DNA of 64,000 nucleotides from Yuukianura sp. NJ FZ-2021 (taxonomy: Eukaryota), in NCBI GenBank assembly GCA_046563655.1, contig CM102290.1, positions 8,866,001-8,930,000 of the forward strand. Reading direction: 5' to 3'. Made by a program: the position numbers and the translations under genes. Below the pieces are notes generated by a model, which worked only from the letters and a program-made list of their open reading frames with translations, searched no databases and was not told the DNA's origin. Shown here piece after piece: positions 50,001-61,791 of this stretch (within the stretch, counting starts at the first letter, position 1; every line of letters begins with the position of its first letter).

Positions 50001-53000
50001 TAGGCGTAGCCAGACACTAATGTACGGCCACTTATGTACCGTTGGTTATGGACATTGAAGTTATGGACGGTGACCTTTGAACATTTTTATGCGCGGTTTG
50101 GTTAGGTTCTGTATGTCCGTCGGTGTCCATCCGTAAGAATAACGGTCCGTAAGTAACCGTCCATAAGAGTCATAGAATCTTTGGGAGATGAACTTGGGCT
50201 TAATTCTTTCGTTTGTCTGTTTTCCAAATGGCAGGGCGGAAGTGGTTGTTGAAAAGACGTAAACTTCAAAAATCACTAAAACCTTTGAATGTTTGAATCT
50301 GATATTCCTATTCATAAGAATACGTTGTTGGTGGCTAGACAAACAAACAGTCATAAATTCAAAATGGAAAGTAAAACAACATTTTAAGAAAAAGAAAAGA
50401 AGATAATTTGAGAGACCACTCTGGTCAAATTGAATTTCAGGAGTTGAGAACCATTAATTTTGACTTTGAAACAATTTTGGAGTCATTTGTCTTTTGTCAT
50501 TTTGTACAAAAATTCCGCATAAAAGAATGTTTCGACGCAACTTGGAAATTGTTATAATGTTACTTCCAACGATATTTTTTGGCAACAGGATCATAAACGT
50601 GTCTTGGAATCTAATTTGAGTCTAAGAATTTGTTTTGTTGTGTTGTTGCGAAAATGGGATGTCAAGGGCATTCCGATTGCCTTTGGCGCAGCATCCCCTT
50701 TTACGGCTTGCCTCAAATGAATCTTTAGTTTTTTTTTCAATTGATGAGATGACTCAAGTTAGACAAGATTTTTAAGAAACTATAACTTGGATATGAGGTT
50801 AATATTATGACGTAGATTTTGTGGGTGCGTGGTATAAACTCACTTAAATATGCCTATTAATTTAGTTTTCTTATTTATTTAATTAACCATACTTAAATTA
50901 ATTGTTTTATGGATACTGATACTAAACTTGTGGGAATAAGTTTAGGCGTGTAAATCGTTTTCAGATTTGTCTACTTGAAGTGTGGGTGGGGCGGAAGGTG
51001 TTTTTGCGCAAAGTGATTTAATTTCATGATGGGATTGTCATGAAGCTTAAATTAGTTCTCGAATATTGTAAAAACCTCAACACAAAGATGAAATTTAACA
51101 AAACCTTTGAACAAAGATGCAAAAAGTGTGAAAATGGGAGAGTGATGTAACAATGAGGGCAGAAGACAATCGGTTGTCAGGAGTTGGTCGTATTTGGGAA
51201 GAATGGGTTAAGTCCATGTTATGCTAAAGTGGTTTCCACTTATTTCCTTTGTCACAATTTCCCAGCACTTTGGCCCAAAGGAAGTCCCCTCTTGTTCTTC
51301 CGTTCGTTTGTCAAGTCTCACAGTAATTTTAATATTGTTGTTTTATTTTGCTTAGCAGGGTCAAGTCGTGTGTTAGTGGTCAATTACCAACGCTATGTTC
51401 GAGTTCGTACGCTTGTAAAGAGATTGGAGGGGTCTTCAGAAATAAGTAACTGGTTATCGGATCCACTGGTGCTGGCCCTTGGTGGACTCAATGTTGGTCC
51501 AGACTGTCGTCTTCTATTCTCCAAGGAAGTCTTTGACTATCCTGAACTGGAAGATCACGAGCTCCTCTGCAATCACTTGGGTAAGTACGCCAGGAATTGA
51601 CATATCATTCAATTATCGTCTTTTGGTAACGCTTTCATTTTAGTTGAGTTACATTTCTGTGTTGAACAAGGTCAGCTCAAGGGGGACGCATTTCTGTGCG
51701 TCAGTCAGGCTTTGTTAGACTCCATTTGATAAAATTGTCTAAAATGGGAGAGTAAAATTGACCAAATTCTGAGAATAGGAGTTAGGGTCAAAGCTTTTCA
51801 TTGTTTTCCTAAACTGTTTCAAGAGAAAGGCTCTTTTTATAACCAAGTAAAGCAATAAAAGCTTTTCAGAATTCAAAGAGCAATGTTCGTGCTATTTTAA
51901 TTAGCGTCTCAGGTAGTAAGTAGCCAACTCACAGTCTAAAAAAAGTACACTGACCCTCTGCGTTTCGTTGAACGATTTTTAAAAAAGTTTGTTTTTATTT
52001 CAACAGCCCCGAAACTTAAAGGAAGGCCTAGGAAACGGACTCGAAAGCGCGATTTCTCTGGAGAATCTGAGTCAAATAATTCAACGTCATCTGTGACCAG
52101 TGCTTGCTCTGAGGTAACGGATTAAGCACATTTTTATTTGTCAATTTATTGTTCATTTCTGCCATTTTTGTCTTTGCTAAGATTCTGGATATCACAATCA
52201 TGACAGTAAAGGAAGTAAAAGTTCTTTCACTCTGTCACAGATTTTGGTACACGATTTATATACATTTTCTTTTGAATTTTTGGAAATGAAAAATTGGTTA
52301 AATTGGATTCTGTAAGGAAAAATAGGATTGAAAGGCGGATGTGATCGAGACACAATGATCCTATTGCATAAAATATTGATTTTCAAGAAATGTAATAACG
52401 ACTTCTTTTTTTTTCAGGCACGAAAGAAATCGTTGAACGGAGGACTTACGATAAATCCAAGCGCAGCAGAACTTGAAAAGCAACAAGTTGCTTGTGAAAG
52501 TCCAAAATCAGTTACATCTGAGGAGACTCCATCGCCAGCCTCCCCTCCAGATAAATTACCAAGCGGAAACGAGGAAAATGATGCACCCTTGAGTAATGAG
52601 CCCTGCGACACAATGCCTTTGTTGAACTTGATTGAAACAAAAATTGAAACGTTAGCCCCTACCGAACTCAATTCTACTGTCGAATCTCCGCCAAACGGTA
52701 AAATCCAATTCCATCTCCCGAAGAAGCGGAGACGAAGTCGAGTAACACCAAAATCCGCTGTTCCTGAACCAGTTCCAGCAACAGAAGAGTTGGAAGTCAA
52801 ATTAGAATCTACTACGATTAAAGTCACTACGCCCCCGATTCAGGAACTCGCTGCAGTTCCATCCCCATCTCCAGCCACTTCTATTCCCAATTCCATCAAA
52901 GAGCCAGAAGTACAACGAGTGCAACTAATTCCAGCCTCTCCAACTCCTGAACCTTTGGAGCCTTCCATAGCTCAACTGGCTGAAAAATTGGGGAAAACAA

Positions 53001-54959
53001 ACGCCATTCAAATTGTGCCAGTACGCCCCTCTGTGATTACGAAACAGTCAACTCCAACAGAAATGGACTCCAATTCTAACTGTTTGGAGTTAACACCGAA
53101 GAAGCTATGGGCTGGAAATTCTCTATCCAACATTCCATCCGTGACAACCGTGAAAGGAGTTCCAATCTCAGAAGGGAAAGTGAATTACTCGAGAATTGGA
53201 CCAGTTAGTAGTAGTGAGACTATCCACATTGAGCACATTGGTCCCGTGGGAGAGTCAGATAAAACAACGACGCTCACGATGACTGGGCCTCACAAGTACT
53301 TCAGCGGTCCAGTTCCAAATAAAGTGAATATTGTAAACTCCGAAGTTCGCAGTACTCTTCAAGGAATTCGGCCAGCTCATCTTGGTTCTCTTTCTTCAAC
53401 CCCGTCCTCTTATACAAAGACAAGCAATCATGGCGTCTGTGACAAGCCAACATTGTCAATCACAACAATCGAGACTGACGCAAAGAAGCACAATGTAAAG
53501 ACATTATTACTTTTAGTACATTGTTTTATTGTTCGTTGTAATCTATTTCTTCAAAGTCTTATGAGTACTTACACAGTTTCATTTGATTACTTAGATATTT
53601 CCGATGTCTTGGGGGTCTCCGTCACAGTTCCTTCCAACTAGCAAAATCTACGGTGATCCATCCATACGGCCACTATCGTCGCCTAAGCTACTGACGATTT
53701 CACCGAAGGTTAATCATGTTATTCCGGCTGTGCGTGCCAACGGTGTATCAATTGCTCATGCGCACAATGAAGGAGCACTTGACTTCAGTGTCAAACGACC
53801 CAAGTTCAATTCATACACAACATCCGAGTCAGCGTCTACAACCAACCATAATGGCACTACTAATAATGGTGATTGCTTAGATCTCAGAATGGACAAAGCG
53901 CAGCCAGTTTCAACCAACAGGAAACCCTTCCACACAATCTCTGATATTCCACCGCCAAGTGCTGTCAATCAGCATGGCCTCCGACTTACATCAGAAGTCA
54001 CACTTTTCCCGTCTAAGCATCAGAAGCAAACCAAAAAACCACCTCCGCAAGTTCACGTCAAGCGTAGCACTTACCGTGAACAAAATCCACCAGTGGTGCC
54101 AGTACCCTACAACAATCATCAACAATTTCCAGCGGAATATCTTCCTGTTCCAGCCCAACCCCAGGGAAACAACTTTCATAACTCACCTAGTCGCCAACCT
54201 CACTTGCCGTCTCCTATACCTTCGAAACGGCCTTCTGAATATCAACAACAGCAAGGAGAGCCTTTGTACCCTCGAAACAACATCAATCCGAAAGTAGTAG
54301 GTGCTAATACCTACAGTCAATCTACCGATAGTCCTCGCGTGTGGAAGACTCCAACGAATCCTGCTCCAGTTGCCGCAAGTCCAGGAATCCCCAATAACCA
54401 TAACCATCACTCCAATTCCTCTCCTTCGCGAAGCAACAGTACCCGAGAACTGACGACGCTAAATCATGGATCACCTAATAACGCCAACCAGGCCAAGTAT
54501 ACGAATACAGCGGCTCATCCAACCTATTCACCTACGTCAGACAAACGGTCGTCGTCTCAAGCACCGCATCCGTCAAAAGCTAGTCCTACCTCGGCGATGC
54601 AAGTTACAGACCAGGACAGACGCTACCGTCATCGTTCCGACAGCAACGCAAGAGACAGAGAACGAAGCAGTCGGAATTCAGAACAAGTTCAAGTCAATTC
54701 CCCGTATGGGAACTTTGTGCTTCCAACACCGCCACCACCGCCATTCAATTATCCGTACGCTCACGCTTTGGATCCAGCTTTCTTTCAACCACCTTTCCCG
54801 GGTTCTTATGGGATTACGCCGTCTCTCCTAAGATTCCCGCCAGGAACGATGGAATCACTTCAACTGGCATACATGCAACAGGGCTTCTCACCACATCCAC
54901 ATATGCTCAACTGGCCAGCAGCACCAGGAAGAGAATCCAGAAGTGGAAGTCAAAAGTAA
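26071..54959 (+). CDS. ARID5B: ARID5B-like protein (BAH-type N-terminus, AT-hook, long low-complexity tail; no ARID domain found); exons 26071-26094, 39300-39536, 49255-49513, 51359-51580, 52007-52113, 52418-53494, 53595-54959
   Basis: GHHGPYSFYK, IAEVQLLW, LYFLPENTPEGRLRHHGE|DEVIALQDKVII, NYQRYVRVRTLVKRLE, LVLALGG and FDYPELEDHELLCNHL|APKLKGRPRK parallel the ARID5B N-terminus. Splice phases are consistent throughout. Exon 1 (MGSIKEVQ) is the least certain. Confidence 0.85.
28733..28934. mobile_element. MITE family A copy (TA-flanked, CAGTAAAA termini; Tc1/mariner-pogo-like)
   Basis: TA|CAGTAAAA...TTTTACTG|TA. The right half is the reverse complement of the 43720 copy (CTCATTGCGCAAC..TTTGAC..CGTAAAAC). 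Confidence 0.7.
34439..34851. mobile_element. MITE family A copy carrying a nested insertion
   Basis: Starts TACAGAAAGACTGCTCATTCCGCAACAC..GGGACACCGTAAAAC and ends GGAATGAGAGGTTTTGCTGTA. Both ends resemble the 43720-43933 copy. Confidence 0.65.
34603..34776. mobile_element. MITE with about 48-bp terminal inverted repeats, nested in a family A copy
   Basis: AGGTCATTAGCGCGAAAACAATAAGCGCGAATTCCACAAATCGGCAACA pairs with TGTTGCCAACTTGTCGAATTCGCGTTTATTGTTTTCGCGTTAATGACCT. Confidence 0.8.
37495..37670. repeat. TA-rich low-complexity tract
   Basis: Dense TATA/TGTA runs. Confidence 0.6.
41346..41534. mobile_element. MITE with 20-bp TIR, with a probable nested TA-flanked element at 41390-41487
   Basis: ACCTCCTAAATCCGAACGAG vs CTCGTTCGGATTTAGCAGGT (one mismatch). 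Inner TACCGTAAAG...CTTTACAGTA. Confidence 0.65.
43720..43933. mobile_element. MITE family A copy
   Basis: TA|CAGTAAACCTCCTCATTGCGCAAC ... GTTGCAGAATGAGAGGTTTTACTG|TA: imperfect TIRs with TA flanks. Confidence 0.75.
47531..48630 (+). mobile_element. Non-autonomous Helentron/DINE-1-like element (HINE)
   Basis: 14-bp subterminal inverted repeat AAGTATCGTCAGAT (47535) / ATCTGACGATACTT (48592-48605), 5' palindrome AAGTATC-GTCA-GATACTT, (CCGT/CTGT)n microsatellite near 47569-47590, internal ~289-bp tandem duplication (47611 vs 47900), T-rich flanks. Confidence 0.75.
50031..50167. repeat. Small foldback/MITE-like relic
   Basis: Left arm repeats TTATG(G/T)AC, right arm repeats GTCC(G/A)TAA, with a central GGTTAGGTT. 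Confidence 0.45.
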
Positions 54960-55695
54960 GAATCCTCAGAGAAAGCGGTTGTTCAACTTAAACAAGTTTA
55001 ACTACACGTTTTATACTACTGGCAGGCACTCAAACAACTTATTTTTCCGTTTCCTCTCTCCCTTGCAAATTCCTTTTTATAATTTCTTACTTCTCATGTG
55101 CTAGTATTTTCAATTGTAAATGGAAAGGATCCCTTTCCATTTCCCCATGGTTTTATCCTGTTTCAAAATTATGAAATTCTAATTCATTTTGTTACATACG
55201 AGTTACCGCAACATTATGTAGCTACAAGTCCTGCAGTAAAGGCATTCGTCATTATGAAACAAATCACAGCGGTTAGAAAGTTGTTTTCCCTACATGAAGA
55301 AAATTCCAAATGGATTCTAGTAGCTGAGTATTGAGAAACCATTATTTTGAGAGGAACAAACATTCTATAAATTCCGTTTCGTGCTGAATGAGATACTACA
55401 TTATTATACCTCTACCAAAAATATATTCGTATAAAATGTTATTTAATTATTCTCAAGCGTAAATGAATTATGAATAAATTATTAAATCTACGAACTACAA
55501 TTTTTTTTAAACTAAACAATTACATTCGCGGTCGAATCTATGTCGTACAGGAATGAAAGTTTATTTAACTCGAACTTAGTCAATCGATTTGCGTAACTTT
55601 AGCTTAACTTTAGTTTAAAAAGTGTCATATTCTCGTTGATACGATCGTCAGTGTTGAATAAGGTGGACATGGGACTTAATTAGGGCTCATCGCCA

Positions 55696-57355
55696 TTAAA
55701 AAGTAATTTGCCTGGCTTCAGAAGGATTTTGCTCTCCAGGACAGTATGGGCACTTAAGCCTAGAATTTGAATAGTAATAGTAATGGATCAATGTACGTTG
55801 CATTTGTATTATTGTGAGACCCTCAATTCCTCAAAACTAAATTCCTTACTTGTTGCCAGGCGCAAGCTTATGGAGGGCATCCCGTGATATTACATGTCCA
55901 CATGTTAGTCGCATTGGTGGATTTGTTTCTGACGATTGTTGCCTCAGAATTGGACAAGCAAAAATTGAATGGTAGTGAAATTCTTTCCCAAGATCAATTT
56001 CAATCTAAAAAAAAATCAACGGCAAATATTATGCCTAGAATGTTGTTAAGTAGGTACTAAAAGACTTTTGTTAATATTGTAAGTTACAGGCAGTTCGTCC
56101 TTGCCGTTCCAGATATTTGACACTTGCCGTGCCTGCATCACTTGGCAGATATTCAATAATGCTGGCAGAGCTATACAACCAGCCTGGAAACTGCAAAACA
56201 AGTATTTTCATCACAAGTATTCCACAGTAGAGTTATAATAGGAAGGCGAGATCATACCAAACTGCTAGAGGGGAATCCACCGATAAACCAAGTCGTGCGC
56301 ATGCGTCCTTCAAAAACGTTTCACGAATATCGTCCCATAAAGACGAGTCAAATAAGTGGGCATACGGTGATGTCTCAATGTTTCCAGGAATATAAAGCAA
56401 GGAACCCATCAGAACTTGTATTTCTAAACGGGGTAAACAAATGCAACAATCACAAATTCGAATGCAATTAATCGCGTGATCTATGTATTGAAATTGTGTT
56501 ACCTTTCTCATGTTTGCAGACAAATTCACGGAAGTTTTCCCGAGCATATTGTATCGCTTCTGCTTGGTAGCTGGGTCCCTTCCTAATCAAATCTATGAAC
56601 GCTAGACGATGAAGTTTAAATTCAAGACTGGATCCTTGAGCATTGAGCGCTTGATGATTCTCAAACGCCCACTTCAATGCTGGTTCCAGTTGTCTGGCAG
56701 CTAGCGAGTCCAAAATTCGATGTAACTCCACAAATGGTTCCTTGTACTTGGGCTCCAAAATCAGGCCTGATTCCTGACAAAGTGCTTCACCTATATCCAG
56801 TAGTCCTTGGCGATATAAATGTTGGCACACTACTTGGGTTAATATTTGTGCGCGTTCGCCGGAAAAGAGTCCATCCCTCGTGATGGCTCCGAAGTCGGGA
56901 TTGAAATTCTGTAGCACATATTGTCATTTTTGTAAGAATTCAGCGCTGTCAATTAAGAATGTTAATGTCAAAGAAAGAATGTGTCTTATACTCTGTCAAT
57001 TGCCTTCCCAACTTTAGACACTGCGCTATGAAGATCTCGATGATCAGTAGCAAGCCTTCCAACTAAATCTCGAACCCTGTTCAAAGTTTCGAACACAATC
57101 GTCGACTGACCAGACGTGAGTTCATAATTTTCGCCAACCACTGTAAAAAAAAACGAGACATTAATTTGCATTTTTTTCAGTGGTGTCTTAGGGGGAAAAT
57201 AGTTCAAATTAGTACTCGCCTTCACCATACTCCTTTTGCAGTTCAGTGATATGATCGCAGAGCTTGTCCACTTCTTTATTGAAGATTCCCTGGACACTCT
57301 TGATTTTGCTGGCAACTCTTTCGACTTCACGTTCCACTGCATCACAACACTCCAT
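55696..57355 (-). CDS. RMND5: RMND5/GID2 RING subunit of the CTLH/GID E3 ligase
   Basis: [19 protein letters not shown], Lis[46 protein letters not shown]...[26 protein letters not shown] at 57355, TAA at 55698-55696. Confidence 0.95.
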
Positions 57356-60225
57356 GATCAGCTGTTTGTAACAGCTGTAATGCTGGCATACACAACGTTG
57401 ACTTTCTTGTTGCACTGAAGAACGATATTACTCCAGGAGGATGTGCAAAAACCACTCCGCATATGTTTCAATCTGCTTCCTGTAATACAAACAAGATATA
57501 CTAACTATATCTGCAAAGAAAAATTATAATAATATAATAATAAATTATTATATTTAATTAAATGTGTCAAACCTACTAGCAGCAAATCGAATCTCAACTT
57601 TTCGTATAATACTATGTTCTGATTTAGCAAACTTGCCTTTTTAGCTTATTCCATCCTTCTGCGTCTTAATTTCAGTGTTGAGTTGACTAAATTGCCATTT
57701 GTTAACCAACTGCTTGAATTCCACTTTTGTTGTTTCTAAGTCCAGTATTTATAAGGTTATTTGAACTTTTACTTTAACAAATTCTGAAGTTTGAAATTTT
57801 GTTGTGTAGGAATGAATTCCTGATTCAAAAATTTGAGCGCATAATCTCTCCTCTCACCCACCTTACCAAAGAGAACGTAAAACGCCTACACTGAAAATTA
57901 CACTCACTGAAAACATTTAAAATCTGAGGTTAAAATCAACAATAATTAATGAATTAAGTGCAATTCGTGTTTCACACAACCATTCATAATTTCTAAACTG
58001 TCCTTTTTCCAAAATCTCCCTTGCAAAATAACCATTGTCCAGCATGACCTGAGGTTTCATAACACCGAGCAACATAATTCCACACAACGATTTTCAACTT
58101 ACGGTCTACTGCTTTAATTTCTCTATTTCCCGTTTATAGTAGATTGAAATTGGTAATTTGTTATAATTTATTATTATTACTATAAATTATTATAAAAGAA
58201 GCAGTGGCGTTTAGCCTGCGTTATTAAATGGCCCGGAGGGAGAGGAGTTGATGAGTATGGTTTTTCGAAGGCTTTTGGCAAAGGGGAGCTCCCACTGCAT
58301 CTCCCACGGAGAAGCATTTATTCCCAGTGCATCCCCACCAGGTAACTCATAGTCAACATCAACATACATCACTAATTAACAGCCACTAGTACTCACTTCA
58401 AAAATTAAACACCAATTGGTCTTCTAATCGTCATCAAATTATACTTTAACTGAAGTTAAGTAGCTCTCCATTCTAGATTTACTTCTATTTTTAATTGCGA
58501 AACAAAGCCGGAGAGTGAGTGCGGACGTTGGAGTTGATTGTGCCTCTGTCGGCAAATTCTCAGAGTCCAAAGTGGAGAGCCAAGTAGTCTCTCCGCTTAT
58601 ATACTGTTGTTGTGTCTACTGTTTATCAAAAACCAAATTAACCAGTTGTCATTGGCAGTTCCAGGTCCAGGAGACACATCTCTGTCACGGAATACCACTC
58701 AAAAACTACTGTACATACACACGGTACTCAATCACACAACAATCTACTCTAAACTTAGTTGTAGTAGGCGTAGATGCGGCAGAAACTGGACTCAGTTTGA
58801 AAAGTAACACTGAATCCTTCCAGACGTTATCCGGGTTATCATCGATAAATTGGAGTGGACTACTGACAGGAAGTCATCCGTTGGAGGGGTAGATTACACT
58901 TGACTTTGCCAGTTGAACAACATCCCGTACCGGACAATTGTACTATGTGGAGTATAAACGTAAACAATTGTAAAAGTGACATTTGGTGACAGATACTTGG
59001 GCTGTGGTCCTCAACAAGGGATGCTTCTTGGACTACTGCTAGTTCAGAAGCGGATCAACGTCACCACCTACTCTGTTGCAATTTGGAATCTACTGCTGCG
59101 GTGACATCCATACCCGATTGTGATGAGTTAAAATATACGAATTGATGGTCTCTGGTGAATACCCAGGCAGTTAACCAGAACTCCTGGAGGAGTCGTTCCA
59201 GCTACAGTAGCAGTCAAACGGCATCAATCTGAAACCCCCACGGTCATACGAAAGGTATGGAGTAGCGGTGAAGGAGTGGGTTTTGTTCATAACAAGTATA
59301 ACTGTATAAACTAATTGAACTGAGCATCGCACGTTGTGAATCACAACGTACGATGAAACATGATGAACCGTACGATGAAACGATCAAAACCCAATTCCTA
59401 ATCGTAAGTTACGTTAGAATCAGCTCAATTTTCTTAATTTTAGTGTTACTTCGTAAATTTTTAGAATAGTTTATTATCCTACCTTTCCATCTAACCATCT
59501 TCATTCGTAAGTTACAAATTGTAACCGTGAAAATGGAAACAGATTTTAGCTCAATGCAAATCTCCAGTCTAGCCGCCCATAGTTTAACGATTTGATTCGC
59601 AAACTACCACTACGATCTATATTTTCTGAATTAAATTTTGTGTAACAGGCCTTAGGAGTCAATTTTCAATTCACATACGTGAGGTGACTTTGGAGGGTAG
59701 GACGTCAGTCGTCGGTTAATCTACGTTTCTTGTTCCAGTCTAATGCAATACGACCTAGCAAATTGATAATTTTACTAGGATTCGGAAGCATTATTGTCAC
59801 TGTTCTGTACAGCCTAAAGATCAACACTGGACCAACGATGGTTGAGATGCTGAATGATATGAGAGATGTAGTCGGGGGGCTTAGTGCGAAAGTACTCCCA
59901 CTTTCAGCATCTTAAAATTAGTATCGTAGTTCTCGAAACCTAAGATTAACTATTACTATATGAGCCGGTTTTTGTTTATATTTTGCTAATCTTAATGGCT
60001 GTTTGTGATTCAGAAATTTCATTCGATGGCGTCATTACTACACGAGCGGGAATGAGAAGTAGGTCTTCTAGAACCGGTCATATCGACAGATCCATCGATT
60101 AACCATGTCATGACTCAGGGCCAAGCCATCCTGAATGTCCGCAGTAGCTATTATAGCTAATGTTACGTCCAAATCCAATCATTCGGTTTTGTATTTTGTT
60201 AATAATTTTGTTTCCGTCTTTTCAG

Positions 60226-61791
60226 CTCAAAGCTGGAGCCACCAGAGACTGTCCTGGGAACCTCTGGAAATTCTAGCTTGTGGACCAAGTCAATCATCTC
60301 TCCGAGCACGACGGGCAGCGATCCAACGGGGGGTACTCGGCCATTTGCGGCCACCCCCAACAATCAAACTACCTCCCCCTTTTCAGCCCCTGGAACGCCA
60401 AATGCCTATCAGGTTTGTCTCTCCACTTAATTTTTATACTAAAGTACACTCATAAATCCACTAAATCGCTGTTTGAATTTCAGGGGGGATCGGGATACCC
60501 AGGAAGCGTGCCAGCAGCAGGAAGTCCATTTACGCCACAAGGTGGGACTTCTGGTGGATCCTCAACACCATGTCCACCACCTCATTATGCGCATTCACCG
60601 GCGCCTTCAGGCTCTTCAACGCCTGTTGGGTTCAACTCCCATGGTCCACCACCAGGCCCTGCTCCATTTCCACCGGGGCTGTACAATGGTCCAGGCCCCA
60701 ATTCCCCATACTACAACAATTTCCAACAAGGTGGCCCACCACCTAGAGGACCACTCCAGCCACCTCCACGAAATGCCTCTTTTCCGCCCTACGCTGCCCC
60801 TGGCCCACCAAATCATACAAATAACTTTGGACCTCAGCCTTTCCCACCTCATTTCCAGCCTCAACTCCAACCAGGTACAGTTACAACGTACAAGTCTGAT
60901 GGCTTATCGAAAATGATAATTTGTTGAACTCAATTTTTAGCGAATCATGGACAATCTGCCTGCCAATTATTACTTGAAGGTCACCCAAGTCAGTCAGCAT
61001 CTTCTAATCTAGATAACTTCTCTTTATCTTTTACACATTGCACACACAGAATCTGCCTCTGCATCGTTGTTTTAGCATTGGCAGTGGAATTTAGTATAGT
61101 AGGATAGGACTTGAAGGCAAACGCAACAAAAATCTCTAAATACACTTTCCATTAACTCCCTCATGTACTGCATCTCCCTTCGCCAGTCTTACACTGGAGG
61201 TTGTTTATAAATCCATTGCACTATTTCAATCATCTGAGCCCAAGTTTTACATTTAGAGATTTGTAGATGTCCTCTTGGCGACTCAGTAGCAGATCACATT
61301 ACAAGATGCTTGTCCGTAACGTCTTTCAATGAGTCAGGTTAAGTTGGCTACTAGTTCCTTTGATATAATCAACTAAAGGCAGGTTCAATCTTTCTGAATA
61401 CCTCTAGTTTCATCTTTAGTTTAGTTGTAGTAGGAGCTAGAGACAGTTCGAATTTTAGAGTCGCGAAGTTGGATTGTTGTGATTTCCTGGAATCATGGCT
61501 TCGGTGCTGTCAATTGTAGCTGCTAGAAGGAGATCTAGAAGTGGAAGATTGGCTTGGCGTAAATCTATTACTAGTTTTCCCACAGAATTTGAGAATTTTC
61601 TCGGCCAATTCAAAGCAATAACAATCAATAATGTTTAACTTAGACATTGGTTTGTTGTACTTTTAAATGTTTTTGTTTTCATTCTTTTTTAAGTGATATT
61701 GTTTTTGTGTTGCAGGCCCTCACCTACAACCTGGTCCACAAAATCCGGGCGGGATGTCTGGACTAATTCCAGATAGGATACCTGACCATGG
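60226..61791 (+). CDS. Chi: Chip/LIM-domain-binding protein (LDB), N-terminal Pro/Gly-rich exons only (60226-60412, 60484-60874, 61716-61791); gene continues past the window, start codon unresolved
   Basis: YAHSPAPSGSSTP resembles the insect Chip N-terminal motif as recalled. The last exon ends PDRIPDHG at a GT donor, where the dimerisation domain would follow. The diagnostic LDB domain itself is not in the window. Confidence 0.6.

Noticed and set aside
60473..60916. His/Gln-rich 147-aa ORF
   Set aside because: Alternate frame of the Pro/Gly-rich Chip-like exon.
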